Virus record (IMG/VR): IMGVR_UViG_3300037466_002980
Coordinates: 170,811-234,810 of that record
Reading direction: 5' to 3' (one strand)
Source: a virus
Lineage: Duplodnaviria; Heunggongvirae; Uroviricota; Caudoviricetes
DNA: 64,000 bases
The position numbers and the translations under genes are program-made. The notes beneath the pieces are model-generated. The model searched no databases and had not been told where the DNA came from. It was given only the letters and a program-made list of their open reading frames with translations. Positions 32,510 through 43,029 of this stretch are shown here, piece by piece (within the stretch, counting starts at the first letter, position 1; every line of letters begins with the position of its first letter).

Positions 32510-34272
32510 ACTGACGCATTTGATTCTAAGGTAGTAAATCCGCCTTCTTTAACAACCTTAAGAACATCAGTGACACGACCAACTAATTCGTCACGGTGCG
32601 AAATTAAGAAAATATTTCGTTTATTATCACGACTCATCTTCTTTAGTATTCTTAATGAAGATTCGACACCACTTGAATCTAAACCATTATCAATTAATTC
32701 ATCAATAAATAGCAAATTAATCTTATCATTCATACTTTCAAACACATCGCGGAAGGCCCATGATAATGAAAGTATCAATCTTGTACGTTCGCCTCTACTT
32801 AAATTATCAAAGTCAAATTCTTTACCATACATACTGATTTCAACTTCAAGGTCTGATTTGAATTTAACGCTGTGAGGTAAACCTATTTCGGAGATATAAT
32901 ACGATAATCTCTGATTTAATAAAGAAAGGTTTTGATCAATAATTTTCTTTCTGATAAAACTATCTTTACTTGTCAACAATTTAAGAAGAAATTCCTGATG
33001 ATCTCTTAGTTTTACTAATTCATTGAGTTTATCGAAATTAATTTCTTGAAGACCATCTTTCCTCAATGATTCGATTTGCTCAATATAAGGGTTCTGTGCC
33101 TTCAATTCATTCTCTAAATTGTTTCCTAACTTGTCCAAAATATTTTTATGCTGATATGCTTCGTCGATAGTTTCATAAAATGTTTTCGGAACTTCCGGAA
33201 TAAGTCCTTCAACAGATTGAAGTAATATCAACACTTCATCTCTTTTAAGAATCTTCGCATCTAATTTTTTTCTAAGATCCTTTTGTTGTTCTTCATATTC
33301 TTCGTGAACACGATGATGTGTTTCTTTATCCATTTCTTGATTACAGGTAGGACAAATTTTTTCATTAGATGTTTTTAGAACATTAACAAGTTTCTTAAGA
33401 CTTTTTTCGTTTGAATCAATATCGGACTGCAAAGATGATAATTCTTTAGATAAAGAACGATGTTCTGACCTAAGATCTTCAATTTCTTTTTTAGTCTTAT
33501 GATTTTGTATTTCCGAATCAATATCAACATTCAACAATTCAGTGATTTGTGTTTGCAAATCATCTATCTTATTAATTTTATTCGTCTCCCATCCCTGTGA
33601 TTTTCGTTCTAGAAGTACAATGTTTTGTTCTATTCTTCTATTTGCTTCGGTAGCTGCAGAAATACGAAACTCTTCTTCTTTAATCTCATCTTTGGTTGTC
33701 TTGTTGATATTACTTAACTTTTCAGCCTTTTCAGACAATTTTGTAATACCTAACAATTGTTCAATGATTGTTCTTTGATCACTAGATTTTAAAGCCAAGA
33801 AAGGTTCTACATAAGTATTCAAGGCTAAGATATGTTTAAACATATCATGGCTAAAACCAATAGTTCTAACAATTTCTTCTTGAGTATGTCGTCCTTCACC
33901 TTGTGATTCATCGTCACTAGCATCAGTTTCAACATCGCCTTTGGTGAATTTAAAGATAGCAGGCTTTCTGCCACGTTCTATCTTATATGTTACACCATCT
34001 AATTCAAATCCAAGTGTTACCAACATGTGCTTCATGTTGGATTTATTAATTAAATTATCTTTCTTAATGTTGGTTAATGCTGTACCAAACAATGCATAAC
34101 TGATTGCATTTACGATACTAGATTTTCCTACACCATTTTTATTATCATTTCCGCCTAGATCTAAATTTTCACCTAAAACTAAAATCAAATCATTATTATT
34201 AAAATTTATCGACTGTGTAACATTGCCGATACTCATGAAATTTTTAATTGTCAAACTTTGTAATAATAGCAT
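32506..34272 (-). CDS. gp46: recombination endonuclease ATPase subunit (T4 gp46/SbcC)
   Basis: NGVGKS Walker A, CPTC hook, LSRGE signature, LLFIDE Walker B. Confidence 0.95.
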   Translation of the reverse strand: MLLLQSLTIKNFMSIGNVTQSINFNNNDLILVLGENLDLGGNDNKNGVGKSSIVNAISYALFGTALTNIKKDNLINKSNMKHMLVTLGFELDGVTYKIERGRKPAIFKFTKGDVETDASDDESQGEGRHTQEEIVRTIGFSHDMFKHILALNTYVEPFLALKSSDQRTIIEQLLGITKLSEKAEKLSNINKTTKDEIKEEEFRISAATEANRRIEQNIVLLERKSQGWETNKINKIDDLQTQITELLNVDIDSEIQNHKTKKEIEDLRSEHRSLSKELSSLQSDIDSNEKSLKKLVNVLKTSNEKICPTCNQEMDKETHHRVHEEYEEQQKDLRKKLDAKILKRDEVLILLQSVEGLIPEVPKTFYETIDEAYQHKNILDKLGNNLENELKAQNPYIEQIESLRKDGLQEINFDKLNELVKLRDHQEFLLKLLTSKDSFIRKKIIDQNLSLLNQRLSYYISEIGLPHSVKFKSDLEVEISMYGKEFDFDNLSRGERTRLILSLSWAFRDVFESMNDKINLLFIDELIDNGLDSSGVESSLRILKKMSRDNKRNIFLISHRDELVGRVTDVLKVVKEGGFTTLESNASV

Positions 34273-34279
34273 CTATTTC

Positions 34280-34657
34280 CTAATCATTGATAACTTCAAC
34301 AGCAAGAGGCCAAGGTCCTTGATGACCAGTCATTCTTTTATAATGGTCATATCTTGTGTTATTTCTTGCATGAGTCTGAATTTTATTGGCTACAGTTTCG
34401 GCAACATCTCTACTTCCGTAGGTTGCGACAGCAGCCCATCCATTATTATGTGAATGGTGAACTCTTCTTGCGGCCTCATCAGCTGGTAAACCTGTTCCGT
34501 AAACTACAGCCTCAATTACAACTTCAAATGGCGTAACCGGATCATTTAAAATCACAACAGTTGAACCACCCGGTTCTCGTAATGGTATTTCTTCTTGTTT
34601 CTTAACCGGTGGACGGTCAATAACTTCGCCTGCCTCTAAAATTTCGTCTATTTTCAT
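34280..34657 (-). CDS. clpS: ClpS-like N-degron adaptor
   Basis: VVILNDPVTPFEVVI...H..G.AAV......AE.....PL. Confidence 0.75.
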   Translation of the reverse strand: MKIDEILEAGEVIDRPPVKKQEEIPLREPGGSTVVILNDPVTPFEVVIEAVVYGTGLPADEAARRVHHSHNNGWAAVATYGSRDVAETVANKIQTHARNNTRYDHYKRMTGHQGPWPLAVEVIND

Positions 34658-34684
34658 ATTATTCTCCGAACAACAGAATATTTA

Positions 34685-35698
34685 TTAGAGGTCGTTATAA
34701 ATTTCAATCAACTTTGTCGGATCGATTGTTGTACTATCAATACCCGAAAGCTGTTCGGTAACAATCTGATCAATAGTTTTGAAATTTACATTCAATGCAG
34801 AAGTGTTGGTTATTTCTTCATCTAAATTTCGAATAAGTTTAAATTCACGAACTTGATATTGAGTTAAAAAAGTTTCACGAAGAAATAAAGCTTCTTCGTA
34901 TGTAATATCTAGATCTAATGTAACCTGAAGATACGTTTTTGACTTTAGATAAAGTTCAGGATTTTCAAGTAATGAAGAAAGACTGATACTAATAAATCGC
35001 GGACCTTCTTCATAATTTAAAAATTCCGGAGATTTATCCCATTCAAGAAACATTGCTCCTCTTTCGAAATCCCATGTATCGGAATAATTATGTCCAAACG
35101 GATTACCAATATAATTAATCTTACCTTTGGTTTGCCTTTTATGGAAATGTCCAGAAAATACATAATCCTGATGTTTGAAATGTGTGCTATTTAAAGTTCC
35201 AGTATCTGGCATCTCCACCATAGCATTCATTTTAAATCCCGGTAATTCTAAATGGCCAAATAGATATTTAGATTTGAGTGCTGATACATTTTTCCATTCT
35301 TCCTCAACTAACCAAGGAACCAATGCAACATCATTCTTCAATACAGGTGAATCAATTAATTCTACATTTGGATATAGTGAGGCAAACTTTGCTGAAGTCA
35401 CTGCTCGACTTTCACGATAATATAAATCATGATTACCAACCATAAAATATGTCTTTTCAAAATTATCATTCAAAAGCTGAATAAATTTGAGAGCATATTC
35501 TGCAGTCTGAACATTAATTGTATTTCTATGATGCATAAAATCACCAAGAAAGATGCATGTTTCTGCATCTCTTTTCTTAGCTTCATTTACAAACCATTGA
35601 CCGAAATCCATACAATCTTGATTATGTTCTTCAGCATTATGTCTTAATCCAAGATGTATATCTGTGAAGGCCATACATCGTTTAAAAAGATTAGTCAT
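34685..35698 (-). CDS. gp47: recombination endonuclease subunit (T4 gp47/SbcD)
   Basis: DIH, GD, GNHD, GHFH metallophosphoesterase motifs; start moved to MTNLFK. Confidence 0.95.
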   Translation of the reverse strand: MTNLFKRCMAFTDIHLGLRHNAEEHNQDCMDFGQWFVNEAKKRDAETCIFLGDFMHHRNTINVQTAEYALKFIQLLNDNFEKTYFMVGNHDLYYRESRAVTSAKFASLYPNVELIDSPVLKNDVALVPWLVEEEWKNVSALKSKYLFGHLELPGFKMNAMVEMPDTGTLNSTHFKHQDYVFSGHFHKRQTKGKINYIGNPFGHNYSDTWDFERGAMFLEWDKSPEFLNYEEGPRFISISLSSLLENPELYLKSKTYLQVTLDLDITYEEALFLRETFLTQYQVREFKLIRNLDEEITNTSALNVNFKTIDQIVTEQLSGIDSTTIDPTKLIEIYNDL

Positions 35699-36653
35699 GA
35701 TCCCTCGCATAATCTTGGGCATCTTCTCTTAGGCGACGAATTTCATTTTCAACTTCAAGTTGACGAGAGAAGCTTGGACTTGCACCACTATCAATAAGTA
35801 AATCATCACGTATATCTTGATTTCGTTTTTCAATATTCAAAACTCTTGTGAAACTATTTGTTACACTTGCAGTATAATATGAAAATGGATTATCGGATTT
35901 ATATTCGTCGAATTGAAGTCCCATCTGGGATAATTGAAGAAGTGCTTGCCCCTTCATTTCATCGATGTATGTATAACCTCGCCAATTTCCTTTTTGAGCA
36001 TATCTATTAACCATTAAAATAAACATTTCGGCTAATTTATTTGTAATAGATCCATGTTCGAGTGAAAATTTTCCTTTTCTAGAATGTGATCTTCCAACTT
36101 CTTTAGCAATATTATTTTCAATGATATAATGCTTGAAGGGATAGAAATTTAATTTCACATAATTATCGGCAAGATTTTTCGGATTCTTCTTACGTCCCGG
36201 TGCCAACGGAATATGATCGAAACATAAAACTCTATAGACTAAATCATCTAATGAAATAGTTTCTGGTTTAATCTTATATTCAGATAGTTTAGGTTTATTT
36301 GATTTCGATACATTCGGTGCTGTATTTGCTAATGCAGCTTCAAATGCCGATACACTTAATCTTGCGGCACGATTAATTTTTGCCTTCTCTTGAACTTCTG
36401 GATTAAATATGTCAGAAAGATTTTCAACAATTACGTCATAGTCGCTATATTTTCCTTCAACGTATTCACAAAAAGAATTTTTACTTTTATGAATTTCTTT
36501 TAACATATCTTTATTATTAAGATAATTAATTTTCTTGGCAGGTACTACTTCTACCACCACCGGAGTTTCCACCACAATTTCATCTGATATCTCATCTAAA
36601 TCTGTTGAAGATTCAATATCGAATGTTTCTTCGTCGTCGTTGGGGAATGTCAT
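35691..36653 (-). CDS. gp55: late-transcription sigma factor (T4 gp55-like)
   Basis: NYLNNKD...NWRGYTY.DEM...FDEYKSDNPFSYYT....NSF.R....EK. Confidence 0.88.
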   Translation of the reverse strand: MTFPNDDEETFDIESSTDLDEISDEIVVETPVVVEVVPAKKINYLNNKDMLKEIHKSKNSFCEYVEGKYSDYDVIVENLSDIFNPEVQEKAKINRAARLSVSAFEAALANTAPNVSKSNKPKLSEYKIKPETISLDDLVYRVLCFDHIPLAPGRKKNPKNLADNYVKLNFYPFKHYIIENNIAKEVGRSHSRKGKFSLEHGSITNKLAEMFILMVNRYAQKGNWRGYTYIDEMKGQALLQLSQMGLQFDEYKSDNPFSYYTASVTNSFTRVLNIEKRNQDIRDDLLIDSGASPSFSRQLEVENEIRRLREDAQDYARDHD

Positions 36654-36681
36654 GTAAATTTTCTCCTATAAGAGTTTCATC

Positions 36682-36710
36682 ATTATAACGAAAATCACGA
36701 AAAAGGTCAA
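36682..36710 (-). promoter_or_regulatory. sigma70 promoter of the gp55-47-clpS-46 operon
   Basis: TTGACC-17 nt-TATAAT. Confidence 0.8.
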
Positions 36711-36771
36711 GGATTTCATTATGTCCCTTGTTTATTACCAGATAAATACCAAAGTAGGAGAATTATCGGCA

Positions 36772-37458
36772 ATGCCACAAGTAGATTTCAGAGCGAGATT
36801 ACAACCTAAAGATTTCGATAGACAAGCACAAGATAGTGATGTTTTGGGTCCTAGAAATCCAAATAACATTCTATTTCCTCTTTGGAATACAAGTGGTGTT
36901 CTTTTTCCATATACTCCGTCTATAACCACTGGTAGCGTAGCTGAATACGATCCAACAGCTTTTATTCACTCAAACTATGGATATAACGCATATGTTCGAT
37001 CTTATCCAAGACCAATTAGTATCGCTGCTGAATTTACAGCTCAAACAAATGATGAAGCATTATATTTATTGGCGGTCCTTTGGTTTTTCCGTTCCATAAC
37101 GAAATCTTATTTTGGTATTAATCCATACAATAAGGCCGGTACACCACCACCCACATTGATATTTAATTATTTAGGTGATTATCAATTTAATAATGTTCCG
37201 GTTGTTGTGAAAAATTTTGATTTCACATATGAATCTAATATCGATTATGTTCCAGTTAGTACCGCACTGAATAGTCAATATGCAGGAAATATCGGAGTAG
37301 ATTTAGCACCAGGATCTTCATCGGGATTTACTTATGTTCCAACACACTTGAGTGTGAATGTTGAATTAGATACACAATATATTCCTATACAGACCAGAAA
37401 TGAATTTAACCTTGATGATTTTAGACAAGGAAAGCTAATCAATAAAGGATTTATCTAA
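36772..37458 (+). CDS. baseplate/tail-tube cap or initiator protein
   Basis: GVLFPYTP, GTPPP, FNNVPVVV motifs; start moved to ATG 36772 (AGGAG SD and GATAAATA upstream). Confidence 0.7.
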   Translation: MPQVDFRARLQPKDFDRQAQDSDVLGPRNPNNILFPLWNTSGVLFPYTPSITTGSVAEYDPTAFIHSNYGYNAYVRSYPRPISIAAEFTAQTNDEALYLLAVLWFFRSITKSYFGINPYNKAGTPPPTLIFNYLGDYQFNNVPVVVKNFDFTYESNIDYVPVSTALNSQYAGNIGVDLAPGSSSGFTYVPTHLSVNVELDTQYIPIQTRNEFNLDDFRQGKLINKGFI

Positions 37459-37745
37459 TGGCCCAGAATAGTAAAGATACTAGTCAATACCTTCTCACAC
37501 CGACGAAAGATTGGTACCTTGATATTTGGGTGCCCAGAGTAGTTTCAAAAAATGACTTTGATAAAGTTATTATCATTCCGCCTTCATTTGATCAGAGACC
37601 CGATTTATTAAGTTATCAGGAATACGGAACACCTTCACTTTGGTGGGTGTTTGCGGTTAGAAATCCGGATTTAATTATTGATCCAATTAACGATTTTGTT
37701 GCTGGATTACAGATATACGTACCTAATAATATACTTAAACAATAA
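37458..37745 (+). CDS. baseplate wedge subunit (gp53-like)
   Basis: RPDLLSY..YG...LWWVFA.RN. Confidence 0.8.
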   Translation: MAQNSKDTSQYLLTPTKDWYLDIWVPRVVSKNDFDKVIIIPPSFDQRPDLLSYQEYGTPSLWWVFAVRNPDLIIDPINDFVAGLQIYVPNNILKQ

Positions 37746-40489
37746 TGGCTGATTTAAAATCTTTTATGAGTAATAGTGTTCAAAACACTATTAATTCTGT
37801 AACAAATAATATCAATTCAACAGTTAATTCAGCTGTTAATTCTGCTACGAGCAAAGTTAATTCAACAATTTCGTCATTCACTTCCCAAATTCCGGGTGCA
37901 GGTTCCATTCCTGCATTAAATCCTACAACTTTAGATAATAATGCTTTTACCTTTAACGATACCGGCAATTCTGTAGGATCAAGCACAACCTCAACAACAT
38001 CTCCCACAGCGGACTATAAATTAAATTTCTTGCCAAACGTTCTAGATAATTACGATGTTTACACTTATCATTGGAAACTTTTTATAACATCATTGAATGA
38101 TGCAACAAGTGGAAATATTTTAAATCTTGATGCACAGACAATAATTGCAGAAAGCGGAGTATCTGATTTAACAATTGATAAAGTAGAATTTCATTCAATT
38201 TGTGTCCCATCTATTGAAGCAGGAACTGGAACACAAACAATTGTTAAATTTGAAATTATGGAACCGGCAGGTGCAGGTTTAATCGATAAACTCTATTATC
38301 AGGCAACAGCATTAGGTATTGGAAACTGGATGGTTATGCCGTGTTTCTTACAATTAGAATTTAGAGGAAGAAATCCCGATACATCGAGCTCGGATATTGA
38401 CGGTGCATCCGGTGGCCTTGGATCATTGAAATGGGTTTGGCCGGTTAAATTAACTACCGCCAAGGCAAACGTAACCAAAATGGGAACATTGTATCAATTT
38501 GATGCAATTTTCTATTCAGAACTCGGTCAATCAAATTCATATTTTAATATTCAACATAACGTGGTATTGAAAAAGTTAAAAACTTTCAGAGATGCTATGA
38601 CAGAACTTGAAGATAAACTAAATGCTGACCAGTTTGAAAAGTTAATTGACAACTATAGCATTCCGGATACCTATAAAATTATCATAGATCCTGCCTTTGC
38701 TGATAAACCAATAACGTTAACTCCTTCAAATAAAAACACTTCTCGTGGAAACGATTATTTGGATTTTGAAAAGAAAACCGCAACTTATAATGCTGGAACA
38801 AGTATTGATAAGATTGTCGATTCTTTGTGCGGAAGTATGGATTATTTTCAGCAAAAATTACAAAGTTCTAATACCCCAGATGCACAACCAAATTCGATAA
38901 ATCAAGAACCAACGCAAATGAAAACTCTATGGAGAGTTATTACAGAAACCAAACCAATTGCTTATGATGCCTTGCGTCAAGATAATGCTGTTGAAGTTAC
39001 CATTTATATCGTCGAATATGACATAGGCATTTTAGATATCGATGCTGCCCAAACAGGCCAGACGCCCGATACAATTAATGCGGCTAAGAAAAGATTTGCT
39101 GAATATGCAAAGAGAAAAATTCTAAATAAGAAATATAATTATATCTTTACCGGTTTAAATGATCAAATTCTCGAATTAGATTTAAACATGAATTTTTCAT
39201 TTATATCGACACTATCCAGATTTGGTGGAATTTATTCAGATACTGCTACCAACGAATATGGTGTAGTTGCTCATAATAATGCCGAGACTGCTAAGAATGC
39301 AGCGGAACAGGTGCGCCAGACTTTACAATTCGTTAATAATGCTACGAATACACAAGAATCACAAGATAAAATTAATAATACCATTCAGAGTATTAACGCT
39401 GCCCAATTAGATAATGATACAAAACAACGATATATCGCAATTTTAAATTTTGCCAAGAATCCCGATAGGCAATCTGCTGCAAATCAAATCACGACTGCAG
39501 GTGGAATTGGAAATGCTTCGACACTTTCGGAGGCTACACGAAATGCTGTTTCGCTTGCTCAACCATTATCGGCAACAAATAGTAATGGTGATAATATTAA
39601 TTTAACATTTATTTCAGATGTAAATATTAATTCCACACAGGCACAACAGACAGCAACCTCATATCAAGAATCTTTAAAGAAGGAAAAATTAAGACCGATT
39701 GCATTTAGAGAAGGATCACAAGAAGTTAACCTTCAAACTGGTATAGATCCTAGCAGCAATCCGGGAAGACAACGAACATCTAGCATTTTTGCAACAGCCT
39801 TATATCAAGGTATGGGTGATGTAAGTTTAACTCATTTGAAAATGAAAATTAAAGGTGATCCATATTGGGTTTTTCCTCGAAATATTGGCAAAGATATTAC
39901 AATCTTTCCATACAAATCCAATTTAGCACCATTAGACGCTATTAATGAAATAAAGAAAGCTCATATACAATATCCAAATTCTGTTAATTTATTTGGAACT
40001 GATAATTTCATTGTAATTCGTTTTAGGACTCCGAGAATCTATAATGCCACTTCTTCTCCGACAGACCCATTTAGTGAAGTAGAAACATTTAGTGGTGTTT
40101 ATAAGGTTATTAGAGTTGTAAGTCATTTTGAAAATGGAAAATTCACACAGGAACTTGAATGTATTATCGATCCCGTAATCGATCTTGCAGACTTCTTAAA
40201 AGATATCGAAGATGCTGTTAAAAATCCCGATCTAACTATTCAGCAAACTGCAGATACTACAATTTCTATTCCCGATCTTTCGATTAAGACAGATAGAATT
40301 TCATCTGCAGAAAATTTAATAAACGGACAGGTTGCTACCGTGCGTAATCAAATTGGAAGTGTTGTTAGCACCGCACAAACAACAGTTGGAAAAATTCAAG
40401 GAGCGGTAAGTAACATTCCTACAATTATTCCAACACCAGACCAGGCAGTTGCTCAAGCCCTTGCCGCAGCAGGAATTGGAAATATATAA
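37745..40489 (+). CDS. baseplate hub protein
   Basis: IKGDPYW and SGVYKV..V.S.F.NG.FTQ.L hub motifs; precedes the gp5-like gene. Confidence 0.65.
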   Translation: MADLKSFMSNSVQNTINSVTNNINSTVNSAVNSATSKVNSTISSFTSQIPGAGSIPALNPTTLDNNAFTFNDTGNSVGSSTTSTTSPTADYKLNFLPNVLDNYDVYTYHWKLFITSLNDATSGNILNLDAQTIIAESGVSDLTIDKVEFHSICVPSIEAGTGTQTIVKFEIMEPAGAGLIDKLYYQATALGIGNWMVMPCFLQLEFRGRNPDTSSSDIDGASGGLGSLKWVWPVKLTTAKANVTKMGTLYQFDAIFYSELGQSNSYFNIQHNVVLKKLKTFRDAMTELEDKLNADQFEKLIDNYSIPDTYKIIIDPAFADKPITLTPSNKNTSRGNDYLDFEKKTATYNAGTSIDKIVDSLCGSMDYFQQKLQSSNTPDAQPNSINQEPTQMKTLWRVITETKPIAYDALRQDNAVEVTIYIVEYDIGILDIDAAQTGQTPDTINAAKKRFAEYAKRKILNKKYNYIFTGLNDQILELDLNMNFSFISTLSRFGGIYSDTATNEYGVVAHNNAETAKNAAEQVRQTLQFVNNATNTQESQDKINNTIQSINAAQLDNDTKQRYIAILNFAKNPDRQSAANQITTAGGIGNASTLSEATRNAVSLAQPLSATNSNGDNINLTFISDVNINSTQAQQTATSYQESLKKEKLRPIAFREGSQEVNLQTGIDPSSNPGRQRTSSIFATALYQGMGDVSLTHLKMKIKGDPYWVFPRNIGKDITIFPYKSNLAPLDAINEIKKAHIQYPNSVNLFGTDNFIVIRFRTPRIYNATSSPTDPFSEVETFSGVYKVIRVVSHFENGKFTQELECIIDPVIDLADFLKDIEDAVKNPDLTIQQTADTTISIPDLSIKTDRISSAENLINGQVATVRNQIGSVVSTAQTTVGKIQGAVSNIPTIIPTPDQAVAQALAAAGIGNI

Positions 40490-43017
40490 TGCCATATTTA
40501 GATAGTCATGCTAGAACTACGAAACCAACAAAAAACGAAATGTTTCAACCAGCTGGTAGAATACCGACATTGTTCGGTGTATTCGTTGGTTTCGTAAAAG
40601 ATGTAAAAGATGTTCAAAAAAACGGAAGATTAAGAGTTTGGATTCCGGAATTAGGATCTGCACCAGATAATCCCGATGGTTGGGTCATTGTTAACTATTG
40701 TTCACCTTTTGCTGGAGCAACAAACGTAGAAACATCGGGAAAAAGTGCATTCGAAGCATTTGATAAAACACAAACCTCTTATGGATTCTGGATGATTCCG
40801 CCCGACATTAACAATCAAGTTTTGGTAATGTTTATAAACGGAGACCCGTCTAGAGGAATATGGATTGGTTCTCTTTATAACCAATTTATGAATAATATGG
40901 TTCCGGGAATGTCCTCAAGTACAAATAACTATCAATATCCTGGAAAAAATATACCAGTTGCAGAATATAATAAATGGAATTCAAAGGTAACAGATCCCGA
41001 TGCTGCTACAAAACCATACGAACAAACAAAATTTCAAGGTATTGGAAATCAAGGACTTATAACAGATGACCAACGTGGTGTAACAAATACATCAGCTAGA
41101 AGAGAATCTCCTAGCCAAGTGTTTGGTATCCTAACACCGGGCCCTGCAATTGATGCGTCAGCTTCGCCGGAAGCAATAAGAAGAAAGGGTGGTTCTGCAT
41201 TCATAATGGATGACGGAGATGGACACGAATATATTCAGTTGGCAACCAAAACCGGAGCTCAGATTAAATTAGACGAAACAAATGGTTTCATATATGTTAT
41301 TAATCGTGATGGAACAGGATGGATTCAAATTGATGAAAAAGGAAATATAGATCTTTTTGGTGCAGCAAATATTTCTTTAAGATCACAAGCTGACATTAAC
41401 TTTCGAGCTGATAGAAATATTAATATTGAAGCAGGACAGAATATCTATTTAAAGGCTGCGATGGATACCGTTCAAAGCACAACCGATTTCACATACGATG
41501 TTAATAATGATCCTACTGCATCGAAAATACCTTATTTCAAATATGTAGGCGAAGGAAAAGGACAAGGCGGAAATATTGTTATGCAGGCATGGAATAATTG
41601 GCATAGTACCACTTATAACACTGCCTATTTAAGTGTGATTCAAAACAATATGAATATTGATATTGGAAACTCATTTGCATTAACAACTGTTGCTGGTGGA
41701 CAAGATTATAATTCTAAGATGGGAATTAAGTTTGCAACCCAGGCGTCTGTTGATATTGCTGCCACAACAAATATTCGTGTAAATGCAAATGGTTCCATAT
41801 CTTTATCGTCACAAGATGATGTAACAATGTGTTCAAAGACAAAATTCAGTATTAATGGCGATACAGGTGTTGCAATTTCTAGTGCTAATCAAATCGGTGT
41901 TACCGGAAACACAATTTTTGGAGACGATGTTGGAATTGTTGGTACATTGACAGTGGCAGGTGGAAGTACATTAGCTGGTCCAGTAAGCACCGGTGGTTCC
42001 GCACCAGTAAATCCTCCGATAGATCCAAATAGTCCCGATCCTGCATTGGTTGCACAAACCGCAATTCAGGCAGAAATTAAACCTATGGTTGATAAGATCA
42101 ATATCTTAGCAACATGGTCGACAATTTCGAATTTTCCAGAATGGCAACCAGATCAGAATTATAAAGCGAATGATATTGTTACCTATAAAGGAATCGCATA
42201 CATCGCGAAGAATTCTGTTCCATTTACACAGGTGTTTGATATTACCTTCTGGGACATATATGTTCCGCCTGATAAGTTTAAGAGAAATGCTGAAGGTGTA
42301 AGAACAACTGTTACAAGATTCCCAACATATGAACCATGCCCAGAACATGATAATTTTAAACTATCCTCTATTACCGGATATACTCCTGTTAAGACCGAGG
42401 GCGATAAAACATATGAAGGATCTGGTGCTCCTGGTAATGATAATGCAACATCTCCACCGCCTGACACTACACCTGGTGCAAATAATACAGATGTTCAACC
42501 GGAATCATCTTCTAATAGTGTTGTTTCAAAAGACTTCAATATGCCTGCATATGAATGCCAATTGAAGATACACGAAGGTGTAAAATATCAATCATATCTT
42601 GATTCGAGAAATTTACCTACAGGCGGAATTGGGCATTTGCTTAGAACAAATGAAATATCACAATATCCTGTTCCAAGCCCATTAAGTGAAGATCAAGTTA
42701 CAACTTGGTTTAATTTTGATGCACCAAGTTCGATTAAAGGAATTCAAGATCTCCTAGGAATTGATACATGGGGTAATCTTTCCGATGTTAGAAAACGTGC
42801 CTGTGCAGACCTTTGTTACAATATGGGCCCTACTAGACTATCAAAGTTTACCAATTTCATTTCTGCAATGAAGGTTGGTAATTATTCGGTAGCAGGAAAA
42901 GCATTACAAGATTCTAAATGGTACACTCAGGTCGGAAGAAGAGGACCAAATATTATTTCTATGATCACACAAAACATCGATCCTAACGGATGCGATAAGA
43001 AATTTCCAACTACATAG
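40489..43017 (+). CDS. gp5-like baseplate spike with C-terminal T4-type lysozyme
   Basis: OB fold GRLRVWIP..PPD.N.QVLV.F; beta-helix; HEG...YLD....TGGIGHL...SKWY.QV..R. Confidence 0.85.
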   Translation: MPYLDSHARTTKPTKNEMFQPAGRIPTLFGVFVGFVKDVKDVQKNGRLRVWIPELGSAPDNPDGWVIVNYCSPFAGATNVETSGKSAFEAFDKTQTSYGFWMIPPDINNQVLVMFINGDPSRGIWIGSLYNQFMNNMVPGMSSSTNNYQYPGKNIPVAEYNKWNSKVTDPDAATKPYEQTKFQGIGNQGLITDDQRGVTNTSARRESPSQVFGILTPGPAIDASASPEAIRRKGGSAFIMDDGDGHEYIQLATKTGAQIKLDETNGFIYVINRDGTGWIQIDEKGNIDLFGAANISLRSQADINFRADRNINIEAGQNIYLKAAMDTVQSTTDFTYDVNNDPTASKIPYFKYVGEGKGQGGNIVMQAWNNWHSTTYNTAYLSVIQNNMNIDIGNSFALTTVAGGQDYNSKMGIKFATQASVDIAATTNIRVNANGSISLSSQDDVTMCSKTKFSINGDTGVAISSANQIGVTGNTIFGDDVGIVGTLTVAGGSTLAGPVSTGGSAPVNPPIDPNSPDPALVAQTAIQAEIKPMVDKINILATWSTISNFPEWQPDQNYKANDIVTYKGIAYIAKNSVPFTQVFDITFWDIYVPPDKFKRNAEGVRTTVTRFPTYEPCPEHDNFKLSSITGYTPVKTEGDKTYEGSGAPGNDNATSPPPDTTPGANNTDVQPESSSNSVVSKDFNMPAYECQLKIHEGVKYQSYLDSRNLPTGGIGHLLRTNEISQYPVPSPLSEDQVTTWFNFDAPSSIKGIQDLLGIDTWGNLSDVRKRACADLCYNMGPTRLSKFTNFISAMKVGNYSVAGKALQDSKWYTQVGRRGPNIISMITQNIDPNGCDKKFPTT

Positions 43018-43029
43018 GAGAAATAAAGA

